From: Selaginella moellendorffii
Lineage: Eukaryota; Plantae; Lycopodiophyta
DNA: 64,000 bases
Direction of reading: 5' to 3'
Assembly: GCF_000143415.4 (NCBI RefSeq)
Contig: NW_003314277.1
Coordinates: forward strand, 865,878-929,877
Part shown: one piece after another, positions 47,515-60,700 of the stretch
How positions within the stretch are numbered: position 1 is the first letter of the stretch
How the letters are laid out: the number at the start of each line of letters is the position of its first letter
Notes under the pieces: model-generated
Database searches by the model: none
The model's input: only the letters and a program-made list of their open reading frames with translations
Told to the model about the DNA's origin: nothing
Translations under genes and position numbers: made by a program

Positions 47515-48703
47515 GCTCGCGAAGTGTTTCCTCCACTTCGGAACGCGTGCGTTTTTCGCTACAGTTCTTATCTTACACTTGAAAGTTATAGATTTTTCGT
47601 GTCAATCTCAGATGGTTATATTTTTTTTGTGTGTGTCATTCCTCTCCTTTTCAGACGCGACACATATCACAAAACTTTTGCGGACGCGATTTGCTTGTGG
47701 GGTTAGTCACAATCTGGAATCGCTCGCTTTCGTCGCGGTTTGCTGGATGCCCGTGTGCTGTCCTCGTCTCTTCGAGCAGCAGCATTTGGATCTAGCTCGA
47801 GAGGCGAGCGAACTTGGAGATGGGTCCATGCGCTTGTCATCGATTTCTATACTTTTTTCTTCTCCAAGACCTTGGTCTCTTATGAATATCACTCATTTCC
47901 CTATGGTGGTTCCTTGTACACTTCACTGCTTGCTCTCCACAACGCGAGAATTTGGCAGCGCGTCCTCGTCTCGAGAAAAAACATTCGGTGCCATGTCGCT
48001 CGCAAAGGCGACTGCTTACGGCTTCGCCACTTGGAATATTCAAGTACCATCAATCATACTTCCATTCCATCCCATAAATAACAATTTTAAAACAAAAAAA
48101 TGAAATCAAAAGTAGAAATCAAAACATAAAAAAAAAAGAAGAAGCTTCCTATCCATGAGTTGGAGCCAATTCTCTATGGTACATCCCATAAGTTAGAAAA
48201 AATGGAAAGTAAAATTTAGAGAAAAAAAGAGTAGAAATCAAAAAGATTCCAACCCGTGGTTGACTAGATCATAGAGCTTGATACAGGCTCTTTATAAAGA
48301 AAAAGAGAAATTAAGATCGTCTAGAACCTTTATGTTGAATCAAAATGGGAGTTGTAACAAGATTGGTAGAAATTGTTGGGTCCCATTGACCACCTCACTC
48401 GACGCAGACGCACACCACCATCCCTTTGTGTGTTTGCGTGGCCTACTAGCGCTACCAAAAGAGAGAGAGAGAGAGAGGAAAGCTATGGATCCCCCCTCGA
48501 TAGAGAAAGATTGAAAGAAAGGAAGGAGGAGAAAAAAAAAAGAGAGAAAGACCCTCCTCATCCGCCCTTTACTTAAACCACGCTCTTTCTTCCTCCATTC
48601 CGCCCAGACGGCCAATTCCCCATAAAGATACTTCACGGGCGATCAGTCCCTCCATCCATCCATCGCTCGTGCTGGTCGATCGAGCGAGCAAAGGGAATTC
48701 TCC

Positions 48704-50266
48704 ATGGCGTCGGCCAAATTCTTTGCGCTGGCGCTCCTCAGCTACGCATTCCTGCTGCTCATCGTCGCCACGCTGCTGCTCGCGGCGGTGCCGAGGATTC
48801 ACGTCCACAATTTCACGCCCCAGCGCCAGCGATCGTCGGGGATAGCGAGCGGCCACCAAGAACACATGCGCCGGAAGCTCCTCGCCCACCAAGAACACTC
48901 TGTAGAGCAGGGGTCGATGAGCAGCACGATTTCCTCCAAATCCTCGGCGGTTCCTTCCCAATCCTCGACAATTCCTGGATTCCGCGCTAGCCTGGTGCGC
49001 CGATCGTCGACCCACGCCGCCAATTCCACCCGCGCCGAGCGATTGCGCGACGCCGTCCACCGCAGCAAGGCCAGAGCCAAGGCCCTGGCCGAGAGGATGA
49101 GCGAGAAGATCACGCCCACCAAGCTTGATTACCAGTCACCAGTGGCGTCGATCAGCGGCGCCTACACCATGGAGATCGAGCTGGGCAGCCCACCCAAGAA
49201 ATTCAACGCGATCGTCGACACTGGCAGCGATCTCGTGTGGATCCAGTGCAAGCCATGCTCGCAGTGCTACAGTCAGAGCGATCCCATCTACGATCCATCC
49301 GCCAGTTCCACCTTCGCCAAGACGTCGTGCTCCACATCGAGCTGCCAGAGCCTCCCAGCGTCGGGCTGTAGCTCCTCCTCCAAGACGTGCATCTATGGCT
49401 ACCAATACGGCGATTCTTCGAGCACGCAGGGCGATTTCGCGCTGGAGACGCTGACGCTGCGATCCAGCGATGGCAGCTCCAAGGCATTCCCCAATTTCCA
49501 ATTCGGATGTGGGCGATTGAATTCCGGCTCCTTCGGCGGCGCCGCTGGGATCGTGGGGCTCGGCCAGGGCAAAATCTCGCTCGCCACGCAGCTGGGCTCG
49601 GCGATCAACAACAAATTCTCCTACTGCCTCGTCGATTTCGACGACGATTCATCCAAAACGAGCCCCCTGATCTTCGGCTCTTCGGCATCCACGGGCTCTG
49701 GCGCGATCTCCACTCCAATCATCCCCAATTCCGGGCGATCGACGTACTACTTCGTGGGGCTGGAAGGCATCAGCGTCGGCGGCAAGCAGCTCTCCCTGGC
49801 GACGCGCGCGATCGACTTCCTGTCCGTGAGGAACAAGAAGAAGCTGCGCGTCCGTGCCCTAGAGGTAAACTCCGGCGGTACCATCTTTGACAGCGGTACG
49901 ACGCTGACGCTACTGGACGACGCGGTCTACGCCAAGGTCAAATCGGCGTTTGCCAGCTCAGTGTCGCTCCCCACCGTCGATGCCTCCAGCTCGGGCTTTG
50001 ACCTCTGCTATGACGTGTCCAAGAGCAAAAACTTCAAATTTCCCGCGCTCACGCTGGCGTTCAAGGGCACCAAGTTTTCACCCCCCCAGAAGAATTACTT
50101 CGTGATAGTCGACACGGCGGAGACGGTGGCGTGCCTGGCAATGGGCGGCTCGGGCAGCCTCGGGCTGGGAATCATAGGGAATCTCATGCAGCAAAACTAC
50201 CACGTGGTGTACGACCGCGGTACGAGCACCATCTCCATGTCCCCCGCGCAGTGCGACTCGTTATAG
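48704..50266 (+). CDS. Secreted A1B aspartic protease (nepenthesin/CDR1-like), intronless
   Basis: Signal peptide, DTGSDLVWIQC, Cys-rich NAP insert, DSGT, IIGNLMQQN. Confidence 0.95.
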   Translation: MASAKFFALALLSYAFLLLIVATLLLAAVPRIHVHNFTPQRQRSSGIASGHQEHMRRKLLAHQEHSVEQGSMSSTISSKSSAVPSQSSTIPGFRASLVRRSSTHAANSTRAERLRDAVHRSKARAKALAERMSEKITPTKLDYQSPVASISGAYTMEIELGSPPKKFNAIVDTGSDLVWIQCKPCSQCYSQSDPIYDPSASSTFAKTSCSTSSCQSLPASGCSSSSKTCIYGYQYGDSSSTQGDFALETLTLRSSDGSSKAFPNFQFGCGRLNSGSFGGAAGIVGLGQGKISLATQLGSAINNKFSYCLVDFDDDSSKTSPLIFGSSASTGSGAISTPIIPNSGRSTYYFVGLEGISVGGKQLSLATRAIDFLSVRNKKKLRVRALEVNSGGTIFDSGTTLTLLDDAVYAKVKSAFASSVSLPTVDASSSGFDLCYDVSKSKNFKFPALTLAFKGTKFSPPQKNYFVIVDTAETVACLAMGGSGSLGLGIIGNLMQQNYHVVYDRGTSTISMSPAQCDSL

Positions 50267-50658
50267 CAGCTCCCGCACGAGGCCGCGTACGTGGTACCGC
50301 GCGGTGGTGGCGGTATCGGCCCAATATATTCTGGCGGTGCCGTACAGTGCCGTCGTGCATTGTTCCAAGCGCTTCTCGTGGTATATGTAACTTTCATAGC
50401 CTTAACCTTACAAGTGTGATTGAGTTCTCACATTTGCTCTCGAGTCATATAGAGTGATATTACTACAGGAAAGTTGGTTCCAACTTTAATTCATACTTTG
50501 ATGAAGAGCTTCTTCCACCATATAGAGGGGATACTACAGGAAAGTTGGGAACTACCGAAGTTTCCAACTCGATTCATACTTTCGGATCCTCGATGAAAGT
50601 GCTCCTTACACCACTTGAATTGATGAGACCTTCGAGCAAAGGATCTCTTGTGGAAGTC

Positions 50659-53096
50659 TCAGAGTTTCAGCTTGATTCGCTCCGACCACTTTGGAAGATT
50701 CGAGACGACCCTGTCGCCACCGAGGTCCCGGCCCGACGCGCCAGCGGCAACCCGGAGAACATCCTCGATCAGCGCAAAGTTTCCCATGATGTCGACATGG
50801 CTGCCGCTCTGCGTGCCGCGGCCTTCGAGCAAATTCGCCGGAGGAGCGTGCTGGAATTCCCGGGTGAAGCTGGAGATGTTGCTTGGGTTGAAGCGAGTCT
50901 TGCCTTGCCACGGCTTGGCACACATGAAGCCTGCGCTGAGGACTGGCACCGTCTCGTCGCCGTCGACGAAGTGGACTCCGCCTTTGAGACATCCTTCCGA
51001 ATCCTTCTCGGCCGATGCGTCGATTCTAAACGGGATGTAGCAAGTGTCGTTGTCTGACGATAGCTTGTAGACGTAGCTTCTCTCGGTCAGGATACCGACA
51101 CCGTACAGGCAAAAGATTTCCATGTCCGGGGCGTTTGGCAGTCTGGAAACAAGAAAAACAAACTTAGGAGAGACAACGAGGATGAAATAAGCACTTACGT
51201 CGACTCGAGAGGATTTGACCAGTACTTGTAATGCTGGTACTTCGGATCCGAAAGGTCGTCAGCAATCTCGTAAGCCCAGTTTGCATCAGCTCGCTTCATC
51301 ATTTGCGGTGCCACGAACCTCAAAACATCAAGCATCCCCGAAGATGTGTACACTTTGCCATCGGCCACGGCTTGAACGCTCTCCCAGCTCATCTCGTGAT
51401 ACTCCGTCCACACGTCTCCGCAAGAGACATTCTCTCGCACGGGCGTTTGTTTATCTATATTCTGTTGAAAGGAAGCATTAGCATGCAATGAGAAAGGTGT
51501 AAAACAACAGCGTACCTTAAAGTCAATCTTTCTATCGAGAGCAGAAGAAGCTTTCTGCACTGAATCTTTTCCGAAAGATACCATCCTCCCGTAGTGTGCC
51601 ATTGGTTTTCCATGCGGTCCCAGCTCTTTCCCATCCGTTATGTTCTTCGTTTGGCATTCGGTAACTTCCTCGACCTTCGGCTTCTTGCCTGAACAATCGT
51701 ATCCTTCTTCTGGCGATGAATCCAAATCTCCCCAGATTACCTCCCCTCCTCTTGGGAGCATCGACATCGTAGCATCCCACGTACGAGTAACTGACATGAT
51801 ATGCTGCAGCGTCTGTAGTCCAAACAATTCGGAGTCAAGAACACCTGGTGCGACAGCTCTGGATACAAAATACAAGACGATAAAACGTGGAAAAAGAAAA
51901 TCAAAGAATACCTTGCAACAGCTATATCTTTCGCTTCAGCGGAGAACAGACCAGCGAATGCTTTAGGAACGCCCAGAAAAGGGCCACCGATGTTCATCAC
52001 GCTTTTGATGTGCTTTGCAACCCAGCCTTCGCCGGCACCGGCACCACCTGCAGAAATCGGCGCTTCCACCCACTTCATAAAGTGTAGAAAATACAACGCC
52101 CCCATAGAGTGCGGTATGACAACCACCTTTTCGTTGTTGTTCGTGCTTACGAGAAGCTCAATGGTGCTTTTCAGCCGGCTCAAGCTTTTATCACGACTCT
52201 GCCAACAAGAAAAGAAAAAAGCAACCCGTTAAATATCAGCAGAGAAAAAGAGAAAGCACAGTCGCCACACTCACCTCTGTATTCTGAAAGGACAGCCTCC
52301 AGTCGTAGGAAGCCATATGCATTGACTTCTCTTCGTATCCCAGCCGAGCCAGATTGTCTATAAGAACAGCCCACACAAAATATCCCGGTGCAAAGTAATC
52401 AGCGGCCACAAGGCCGGACACAGCTCTCACTCGAATGCCGGCCGGATCTAAGCCAGTCTCATTGTCTAGTCTCATGTGCTCTAGCCAGCACAAAGGCCTG
52501 CCAAAACAAAACAAAGCAAGAACTTCATCAAACATTCACGAGAGAGACAAACAAGAACCAACCAAAAAAAAGAAAAACTCGAACCTTTTGTAGACTTCTC
52601 CAAACGTTCCACCCCAGAGTCGCTTTCTAAACAATCCTTCCGCGCAAGGACGTCCAGCCCAGAGCTCCAAGCCACCCGTGACAATCCCAGGAACAAAAAC
52701 AACGGGGTGCTTGACACGGAGCCCCTCTCTGGCCAGCCTTGTCCCGGGAAGCTCCGGCAATGGCCCTGTGATAGCCTCGGTCACGTACTGTGGCAGCGAA
52801 GGGACCGCATTGTAGAGCACCAGAAAGAGCCACCACATGACACACATATAGCCGATGAGCCAGCAGCATGTATCCAGGCAGCGCCACTTTGGCTTCTCGC
52901 GAGCTCGAACGGGGATTCCAGGCACCATGCTAGATTTCCCCTTCTCGTCCTTGCCAATCTTGATAGAATCCTTTCCCCCCTGCTGCTGCTGCTTGGAATT
53001 CTCGCCATTGCTGCCGCTATTACCATCCTCCTGCTGCTGCTGCCGATCCTTGCTTCCTCCATCCTCGTCATTGCCTTGCTTCCGCCGGCGCAGCAT
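50659..53096 (-). CDS. PDAT: Phospholipid:diacylglycerol acyltransferase, multi-exon
   Basis: N-terminal LRRRK, HPVVFVPGIVTGGLELW, PHSMG lipase motif, DGDETVP, SHVDIMGN, WSERIKLKL*. Confidence 0.95.
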
Positions 53097-54127
53097 TCTC
53101 GGGAGGTCGATCGATCGCTCTAGTTGCAAAATCTGCCCTGATTCATCGATAACCCCTTCAAGAACCCCGGCGATGGACGATTTGGCCGCTGGCGGCCACA
53201 ATCTCACCTCGAGCGATCCGCGGAGTGGATGCGCGCCCTAGAAATCCATCAAAGATGCCACCGCCTTCCGGCTGCTAGCGCTAAAACTTTGTGTGGTACC
53301 TAATGGCCTCGCGTCCATGCACGCAAACACACTAAGTGATATTACTTTTCACCCTAAAGAGAGATACGCCCTTCAACGTGGGAGAATAGAAAACAAAGAA
53401 GGTTCTACATCCTTCTTCGAGAGACTGTATGGCGATCTTATCGATTTTTCGACCGAGATCTTCGATTTTCCTTGTTCTTTTCTGGTGTTCTTCACGATGT
53501 AAATGCCGCAGAGTGATTTGCAACCACAGGGTCCTGTGACAAAAATGGTAAAAATATCTGAAGTTTTCCCAACGATCAAGCCATGTTTAAACACAATGAT
53601 TTAATAATGCCCGCTTCACATGGTATAATAGTATTGCCCCAGCCCAGGCTTGTAGGGTACACTAAAAATTGGGATGTTGCTCCTCCATTCATGACTCATT
53701 TCAAGTTGATTAGTCTGTTTCTGTTAACAAGTCTGCTGAGCAACAAGATGCTGATTTGTGATGAAGTCTCTCGTTTTTCAATCCCAAATGTCTGGGACAT
53801 TTGATTATCATAACTGTATGAACAAAGGTGAGTACATGCTCAATAGTGGAAGTTCCAGTGTTCCGCTATTGAGCATGTACTATCACATTCAACACAGAAT
53901 TTGTTTTTTCATTCACTTTGCAGTAATTTATTCCATCTCAACACATTTGTTCTTATCGAGAACAGACTTAGTCTACTCTGAACGCACCGGCAGCCTTTCA
54001 GTCTGAATGTTTATCTTGTCCTCTGGCTTACAGTCCCTTGCTATAAATTGGTGAGTGTTGTTCCTCAATTCGCCAATCCTCATCTGCTCGTTCCAAGTTC
54101 ATTAGTCTGTTTCTCTTCAACAACAAG

Positions 54128-54367
54128 ATGAAGCCTGTTGTGCTGGTTTGTCTCCTCATAATGGCTCTTGTTTTTCAGGGCTGCCACTACAACGCTCTCG
54201 CTGAATCTTGTGATGATGACGACAAAGTCTGCACTGGCAAGATATATGGGAAACTTAGTGGTCATAACTGTCAGAGGAAAGGTGGGAAGCAGTATGGATA
54301 CCAGGGCAATTGTCTGCGTATCAAGCAGGCGATCGGACTTGAGGGAGGATGCTGCTACTTGAGCTGA
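54128..54367 (+). CDS. Small secreted 6-Cys peptide (defensin-like)
   Basis: TATAAA at about 54043, signal peptide, and mature pattern C-x6-C-x12-C-x13-C-x12-CC. Confidence 0.72.
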   Translation: MKPVVLVCLLIMALVFQGCHYNALAESCDDDDKVCTGKIYGKLSGHNCQRKGGKQYGYQGNCLRIKQAIGLEGGCCYLS

Positions 54368-54449
54368 ATGATTCAGAATGACTTGAAAATGAATAACCAT
54401 AAATAAAAGTTTGTTGGTTTTTGTCTTGAACACTTTCAATAACTGCCCT

Positions 54450-54670
54450 GCTCGCTGCGGCAATCTGGAGCGCATCACGGACCATCACTTGTGCTCTGGC
54501 ACGTCTTCAGCTTTGTGGAACTTCCAGAGTTGTTCACAATGCGGGCTGTCTGCAAGTCCTGGTATGATGCTGTGCACTCTCCTCGTTTCGCTCAGCTGTA
54601 CAAGGCTACAAGCCACCGCTCGAACCCTGGGCCCTGCTCAGGCTGCGGACAGATCCGCCTATTGACCAGT
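54450..54670 (+). pseudogene. F-box gene 5' fragment (duplicate of about 55005-55212)
   Basis: High nucleotide similarity to the downstream F-box, with indels. Confidence 0.85.
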
Positions 54671-54689
54671 TTCGTTTGCTTCTTACAAA

Positions 54690-54755
54690 AGTCGTGTAGA
54701 AGCTAAGAGCTATCATGAGGAAACAGACCAGAACAACCTTCGCCTTCATCTTGTC
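54690..54755 (-). pseudogene. Inverted signal-peptide fragment paralogous to the 54128 peptide
   Basis: MKAKVVLVCFLMIAL versus MKPVVLVCLLIMAL, with the same ACAAGATGAAG start context. Confidence 0.65.
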
Positions 54756-54970
54756 GCTACAGAGCCGATCCAGAGCACTAAGAGAAACAGTAGCCTCCGA
54801 TCCCAACTCACTGTCGCGGTGCCTTGCCCTTCCAACAAGCAAGCTCCACAGCCTTTCTACTGACGGCCATCTCATACATTACCTCTTGTCTGCGCCCGTA
54901 TCTGCATTATCTAGATTGGTAAGCTTGTAGCTGCACTACGTTTAAAGTCAAAAACCCTAATAGCGAGTAA

Positions 54971-56293
54971 ATGGGGAGATGGGGCGCCTTTGAACAGGAT
55001 GGGGGTCGCTGCGGCAATCTGGAGCGCATCACGGAGCCATCGCTTGTGCTCCACATCTTCAGCTTTCTGGCTCTTCCAGAGTTGTTCACATTGCGGGCTG
55101 TCTGCAAGTCCTGGTATGATGCTGTGCTCGCTCCTCGTTTCGTGCAGCTGTACAAGCCATCGCTCAAACCCTGGGCTGTGCTCAGAGTGCGGACGGATCC
55201 GCCTGTTGACCGGTATGCTTGCTGCTTTCATCATGATCGTTGAAGTAAGTGGCTCTGTAGGGAGCTTCGCTATGACGAGGAGCATTTTGATTATGGCATG
55301 AAGCTGGAGAATCACACTGAGCTATGGCGTCCACACCTGAGCTTGAACCAACGTAAGAGATGCAGTCTTCCATTGGGCCCATCAGGTTCGCGTTTCGTGG
55401 GCTTGTGTTCTTCCAATGGACTTGTCTGTGGCATGCTCATGGAACATAGAGACTCGGTGACTTCAGCTGTGGGAAACCCGATCACCAACATGTGGAAGGC
55501 ACTACCGCCTGCTCCAATTGCCTCTCCGGATCGTCCACGCCCAGCCTACCTCAACATCTCCATGGAAGCAGAAATAAACGCAGACAGTAGCTCTTACCAG
55601 GTCGTGATACTGTACCAGAAGTACCAGACTCCTGTTGAAGGCCCGACAGAAGATGATGATGACGACCAAATTTGCTCACTGCAGTACGAATCAGAGTCAT
55701 GTTCTTGGCATGAAGGCCTGCTCTTCAGCACTTCAAACTCATTGGGATCACCTCTCCGAGGGTGTGCTTTCTTCTACACTGGGGAGAACATATTCCCAGC
55801 TTACGATCCGCATTCCAGAGCTTGGTCTCATGTAGCTATCTCGCCACCAGCACGTAACGAACAAGAACAAGAACAGGAAGACGATAGCTGGGCAAACTGG
55901 TCTTTTGGATACATAGGTGCCTTCATGTACAAGGGGAAATGCTACTGGGCATCGTTCATGTTCAATGCAGAGACATTTGAAGACATTGGAGTGGCGATCT
56001 GGGAGATGAAACAGGAAAACTCAATGTGGGTCTTGGTGTCGCGGATTCTGTCCACGGACCTGTTTGGAACCAATTGTTGTTTGTCAGTGGGGGACAAGGA
56101 TATGACCGTGAGGCTGGTCGAGGACACCGCTTTCATCTTGGTTTTCTATAGGAAGGAAAGCCATGGGGTGTGGCCTCCTGTTGCGTACGACTTTGCTCTG
56201 TCCAAGTGGTATACTTGCTGCATGGAGAACATGGAGAACGAGGATATTGAGTGCAATTATGTGGTGATACCCAGCCTAACTGCCAAGCCTTAA
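54971..56293 (+). CDS. F-box protein with FBA/kelch-like C-terminus; one in-frame TGA at 55241-55243 (pseudogene, or rescued by a short intron)
   Basis: F-box (LHIFSFLALPELFTLRAVCKSW), SSNGLVC and NPITNMWKALPP. ORFs 54971 and 55298 are in the same frame. Confidence 0.75.
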
Positions 56294-56849
56294 CAGGATC
56301 TCCATATGTAGGAAACGAGAAATTTTCAGATCATACCAGTGAATGGAATGTTTCCTGTTCTGGGTACAAATTCCTATGAGCTGCATAAGTTTTGTTCATG
56401 AATAAATTACTCAAAACTCCAAGTTTCCCAAGGAGGACCCTTACAACCACGCCTGACTGGGCTATGACCAGTGGTTTTTATCAAAATTTTGTACATAATT
56501 AAAACATTCTGAATATTATGCCTTGAATTTGCTTGAGAGCCTGAAGACGAATGTTGTCAGATTGGATTTGATTAATTTGACTTTATTCAATGATGACTAC
56601 AATGACATTAGAGATGGACAACATTCCAGTTGACTCTTTTTTACATTTCCTCCTAAGGTAGGGAGTCGAAAATGTACTATTTAGCTTTTATAGCTACTTA
56701 GAGGTTCGTTTTAAAACCAAAACTTTAAACTTCCTGCCCTAAAATTCTGCAAAAGTTATCCTCCAAAGGTATTTATGAATGATTGATATGTACTGTAAAA
56801 GGGATCTGGTTCAAGTCAATGTGGAGCTTTTTGACACATCTTAAATGTT

Positions 56850-57729
56850 TGCTTACTTTCTTCGTGTCCAAAATGGTGAATTCATGTCATCTCTTAGTCT
56901 CCAACCTCGACTCAACAATCGGCTGCCACTGCGTCTTGGAAGCGCCGCCTGACTCCACGGCAGCTTCTTGTTGGGCAGCAGCAAGCAGCAGTATAGCAGC
57001 GCCTCCAAGCTATCGACCAGTTCCTCCAGCGGTACCCCCAACAAAGCCGCGTCCGCGCAAACAGCCCAGTCCACAACCAGCCTTGGAGGCACGGCGGTGG
57101 CCAAGGCTCTTGGCCAAGCCTCATCCACGAGCTTCGCGAGAGCACTCAGCCCTTGCCACTAAAAACTCCATCCTTGAAGCTCGATGTGGACAATCTCAGA
57201 AACATTGAAAGTCCTGGACAGCTGCTTGCTCATCTCGTAAACTTCCTCATCAGAGATGCTAGCACTCTCCGGATCCGCCAAAGAGACACCTGCGCCTCAT
57301 ATCTGTTGATCCCAGCTACTTCCACTGGAAAAGCGGCCTGATGATCAAGCCACTGGCGGCACAGCACCTGGATCGTCTTCCTGTTTGGCCCGAGCTCAGA
57401 GCTCGCCCTCCCACTCCACCGAGAGCACTATGCACCACTTCTGTGTGGCTCCAACAATTTTAAGAAAACCATCTATACTAATGGTGGTCATCTGCACCTG
57501 AACGTCTTTCCAACTCTCCACCACCTTTGCTTCTATAGCGGCCTTGAGCTTGAAGTGCAAATGGTCATTGACTTCGCAGACATCGCTTTTGGCATCCTCT
57601 GCCTGTGCTTTTGCCTTCTCCAGCAAACGTGACAGCGGTTCAAAGAAGCCTTTGGGCTCAGCACACGCAGAGTGCTGGAGGCGAACAGTTTTTACATGAC
57701 AACCGGGCTCATGAACTCCCTCTTGAAAG
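56850..57729 (-). pseudogene. Degenerate coding-like fragment of unknown family, interrupted by the copia element
   Basis: Long minus-strand frames broken by scattered stops. Similar coding-like sequence lies at about 62908-63220. Confidence 0.35.
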
Positions 57730-60700
57730 TGAGACAAATCAGGACCAAAGTCCACCACACTAGCGGACAGAACAGGAAAACCCTAATGTCTATATGGCGA
57801 GGTGTGTCATGTAACACTCCCCCCAAACCAAAGCCACTCACCAAACCAAATCTGTCGCATAGGAGCTGAAACTAGTGTGGCCCCAATGGCTTGGTGAGAA
57901 GGTTGGTTGGCATGTCTTGTGTCCCGAGATGTTGGATGGCCAGGGTGCTGCTGTCAACCAACTCATGCATGTAGTGAAATTGGACTTCAATATGCTTCAA
58001 GCGAGCATAGTGGATGGGGTTCTTGGACATGGCAATGCTACTTTGGTTGTCACACCAAGAAGTAGTGGGGCCAACTTGTGCACATCCCAGCTCAACAAGT
58101 AGCCCTTGAGCCCAAACCACGTCCCTGCTACTAGTAGTGAGGTGATGTACTCCGCTTCTGCACTAGAAAGTGCCACCACAGATTGTCGCTTGGAGGCCCA
58201 TGTGATGGCACCTCCTAAGAAGGAAAGGTAAATGCTAGAAGTCAAGCAATGACTTTTGTTGTTGGCAAAACTAGCATCTGTGTAGCATGTCAATGATGCA
58301 TCACCCACTGAATAAGCAATGCTGTAGTCCATAGTGCTTTAGGTATCTTATGATACACTTGGCAACTTGCCAATGTATGGTGGTTGGTGATTTGTTGTAC
58401 TGACTCAAGGCAATAGTTGCATAGTGATGTCGGGGCAAGTCATCAGGGCTAAATACGTGAGGCAACCAATGAGATGCCGATACGAGTCCCAGTGGGTAGA
58501 GGGTCACTAGACTGCTCAATTGTGAGGTCGATAGCACCAACAACCATCAAGGTTTTGACAAGGTGGCAATCACACATACCAAACCAATCTAGCAAGACTT
58601 CAACCTTACATCGTTGGCTAAGCATGTAGCCACCAGACTTAGGATCATATGTGACTTCAAAGCCAAGAAAGTAAGAGACTTAGCCAAGGTCCTTCATCTG
58701 GAATTGCTGGCTGAGAGCAACTTGCAGAGCAGCAATGGCATTTGTGTCATCACCCATGATGAGCAAATCATCAACGTAGAGGGCCACAATAAGCATGCTC
58801 TTAGCATGACCATTCACATACACATTGTGATCAACATGGCAGCAACAACAGCAATGAAAGCCTTGAGCATGTAGGGTGGCATCAAATTTTTGATACCAAA
58901 TATGGGAGCTTTGTTTTAGGCCATATAAAGCTTTCTGCAATTAGGGCCACTAGGGGCAACAAAACTAGGAGGTATATGCATGTAGATATCCTCTTGCAAA
59001 TCCCGATTCAAAAATGCTATTTTGACATCCATATGGTGGACTTGCCATTTGTGAGCAACCGCAAGTGCAAAAAGGGAACCAAGGCTGGCCATTTTTACAA
59101 TCGGTGAGAATGTTTCATCTTAGTCAAGGCCATGGACTTGGTGAAATCTGCAAACAACCAACCATGCCTTATAATATACAACCTGACCATCTTTCCCATA
59201 CTTTTTGGAAAAAATCCATTTTGGATCCAAAACACGTCATCCCGGTGGTGCTAAATTAACTGGAACATAAGTTCTGTTAACCCAAATGGAAGCAACTTCT
59301 TCCACAATAGCTTCCATCCAAGATGGAGCCTTAGGTCCTGAGACGGCCTTATCATAGGTCATGGGGATGCTGACGTCAACAAGGCCACAAAAGTCATCAA
59401 GCTTTACAGCATTTGCTTTAGTATTTTCCCGGACTTTCAATGAGGGCTGATGTTTCTGAGGGTCATCAAGAACTGGCATTGGATCAGGCATGCCACAACG
59501 TCGACAAGGTGGTGAAGGTGTCGAAGGCCTGTCCTCAACTGGAGGAGAATTAGCTGGTTCAAGCATGTCCAGAAGTAGAGGATTCCCCAATGGAATCTCT
59601 AGTGGCAACTCATGAATAGGATCCAAAGGCAGAGGCAAAAGTGGACCATCTCCCATAAGTGGGATAAAAGGAACAAGTCGAGTCTTAGCAATGAAAGAAA
59701 GATCTTGAAGAGCCTTTATATGCATGGGAAAGTCATCTTCGTTGAACATGATGTCTGTGCTTACAAGGGCCTTGTGAGATCCCACAACTTGTAAGCTTTT
59801 CTCCCAATTGTGTCATCTTGTGCATATCCCACAAAGATGAATTTTTTACTTTTGAGATCTAGCTTTTTCCGAAGTTGATCATGTTAAGGTATACGCTCTC
59901 TATGACATGATCCTAGGTGGTAGTAGTGCCACTTCACTGATCCAAGTGTAGGCTAGAGGCGTGTCTCTTGATCATGTATATATCTCTATGATATTATATA
60001 CAACTATCCTTTGAGTCATCCTTGTCCATTGTAGCTTTCGCTCTTCTTCTTCTTCATGGTATCGGAGCCCTGAGGGCTTCAGATCCTGGGACGATGGCGC
60101 TGGCTAAGGAGGAGGCCAGTGAGGATGACGATGAGCCACTAGACGTGGCTGAGAGGTGCCAGGATTTGGCACTGCACTGCTAAGCGCCAAGATAATGGCA
60201 CTAGCGAGCTGAGCAAGGCGCTAGGGCGTGATCGGGCAGAGACTGGCCCAGAGGCGCTGGCAGATGCGCTGAGAGAGGGCTGGCATAAGGCACTAAGTGG
60301 TACTAGAGCACTAAGTGATGTGTGCTAGGGCGTGAGAGAGCAGCTTGAGAGAGCGGCTCTGAGGCGCTGAGAGAGCCACTGAAAAGAGGCACTGATTGAG
60401 GCGCTGACTGAGGTGCTGATAGGAGGCACCGAAGAGGCACAAGTGCTTGGAGTGCTGGGACTGGTCAGAGGAGCATGTATGGAGCGTTGGAGTGTTGTCT
60501 AGAGGTAAACAGGCAGAGGCAATGTTGAGTGTTGGGCTGTGAGAGGGCTTTGTAGCAGAGGGAGAGAGCCGTTAGGGCTCTGGTAGAGGAGGCTTGATTG
60601 AGGCTAAGACAATGGGAGCTTCAGCCGAGGCCAATGAGAGATCAGAGGTATTCCTTGGTCCATCCTTGCTGTGTTTAGACAGGTGTTTCCCGAGAAGGAG

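Noticed and set aside
47513-48103. Protein-coding gene between NRPB9 and the aspartic protease
   Set aside because: The ORFs lack good starts and motifs, and the frames on the two strands conflict.
50460-50600. Duplicated small hairpin (AGTTGG..CCAACT) as a MITE
   Set aside because: No TIR/TSD pair was found. It looks like a local duplication between convergent 3' UTRs.
1247-53096. Lipid-metabolism gene cluster (LTPs, TLC protein, IPUT1, PDAT)
   Set aside because: The genes are dispersed among unrelated housekeeping genes and belong to different pathways, so chance co-occurrence in a dense genome is sufficient.
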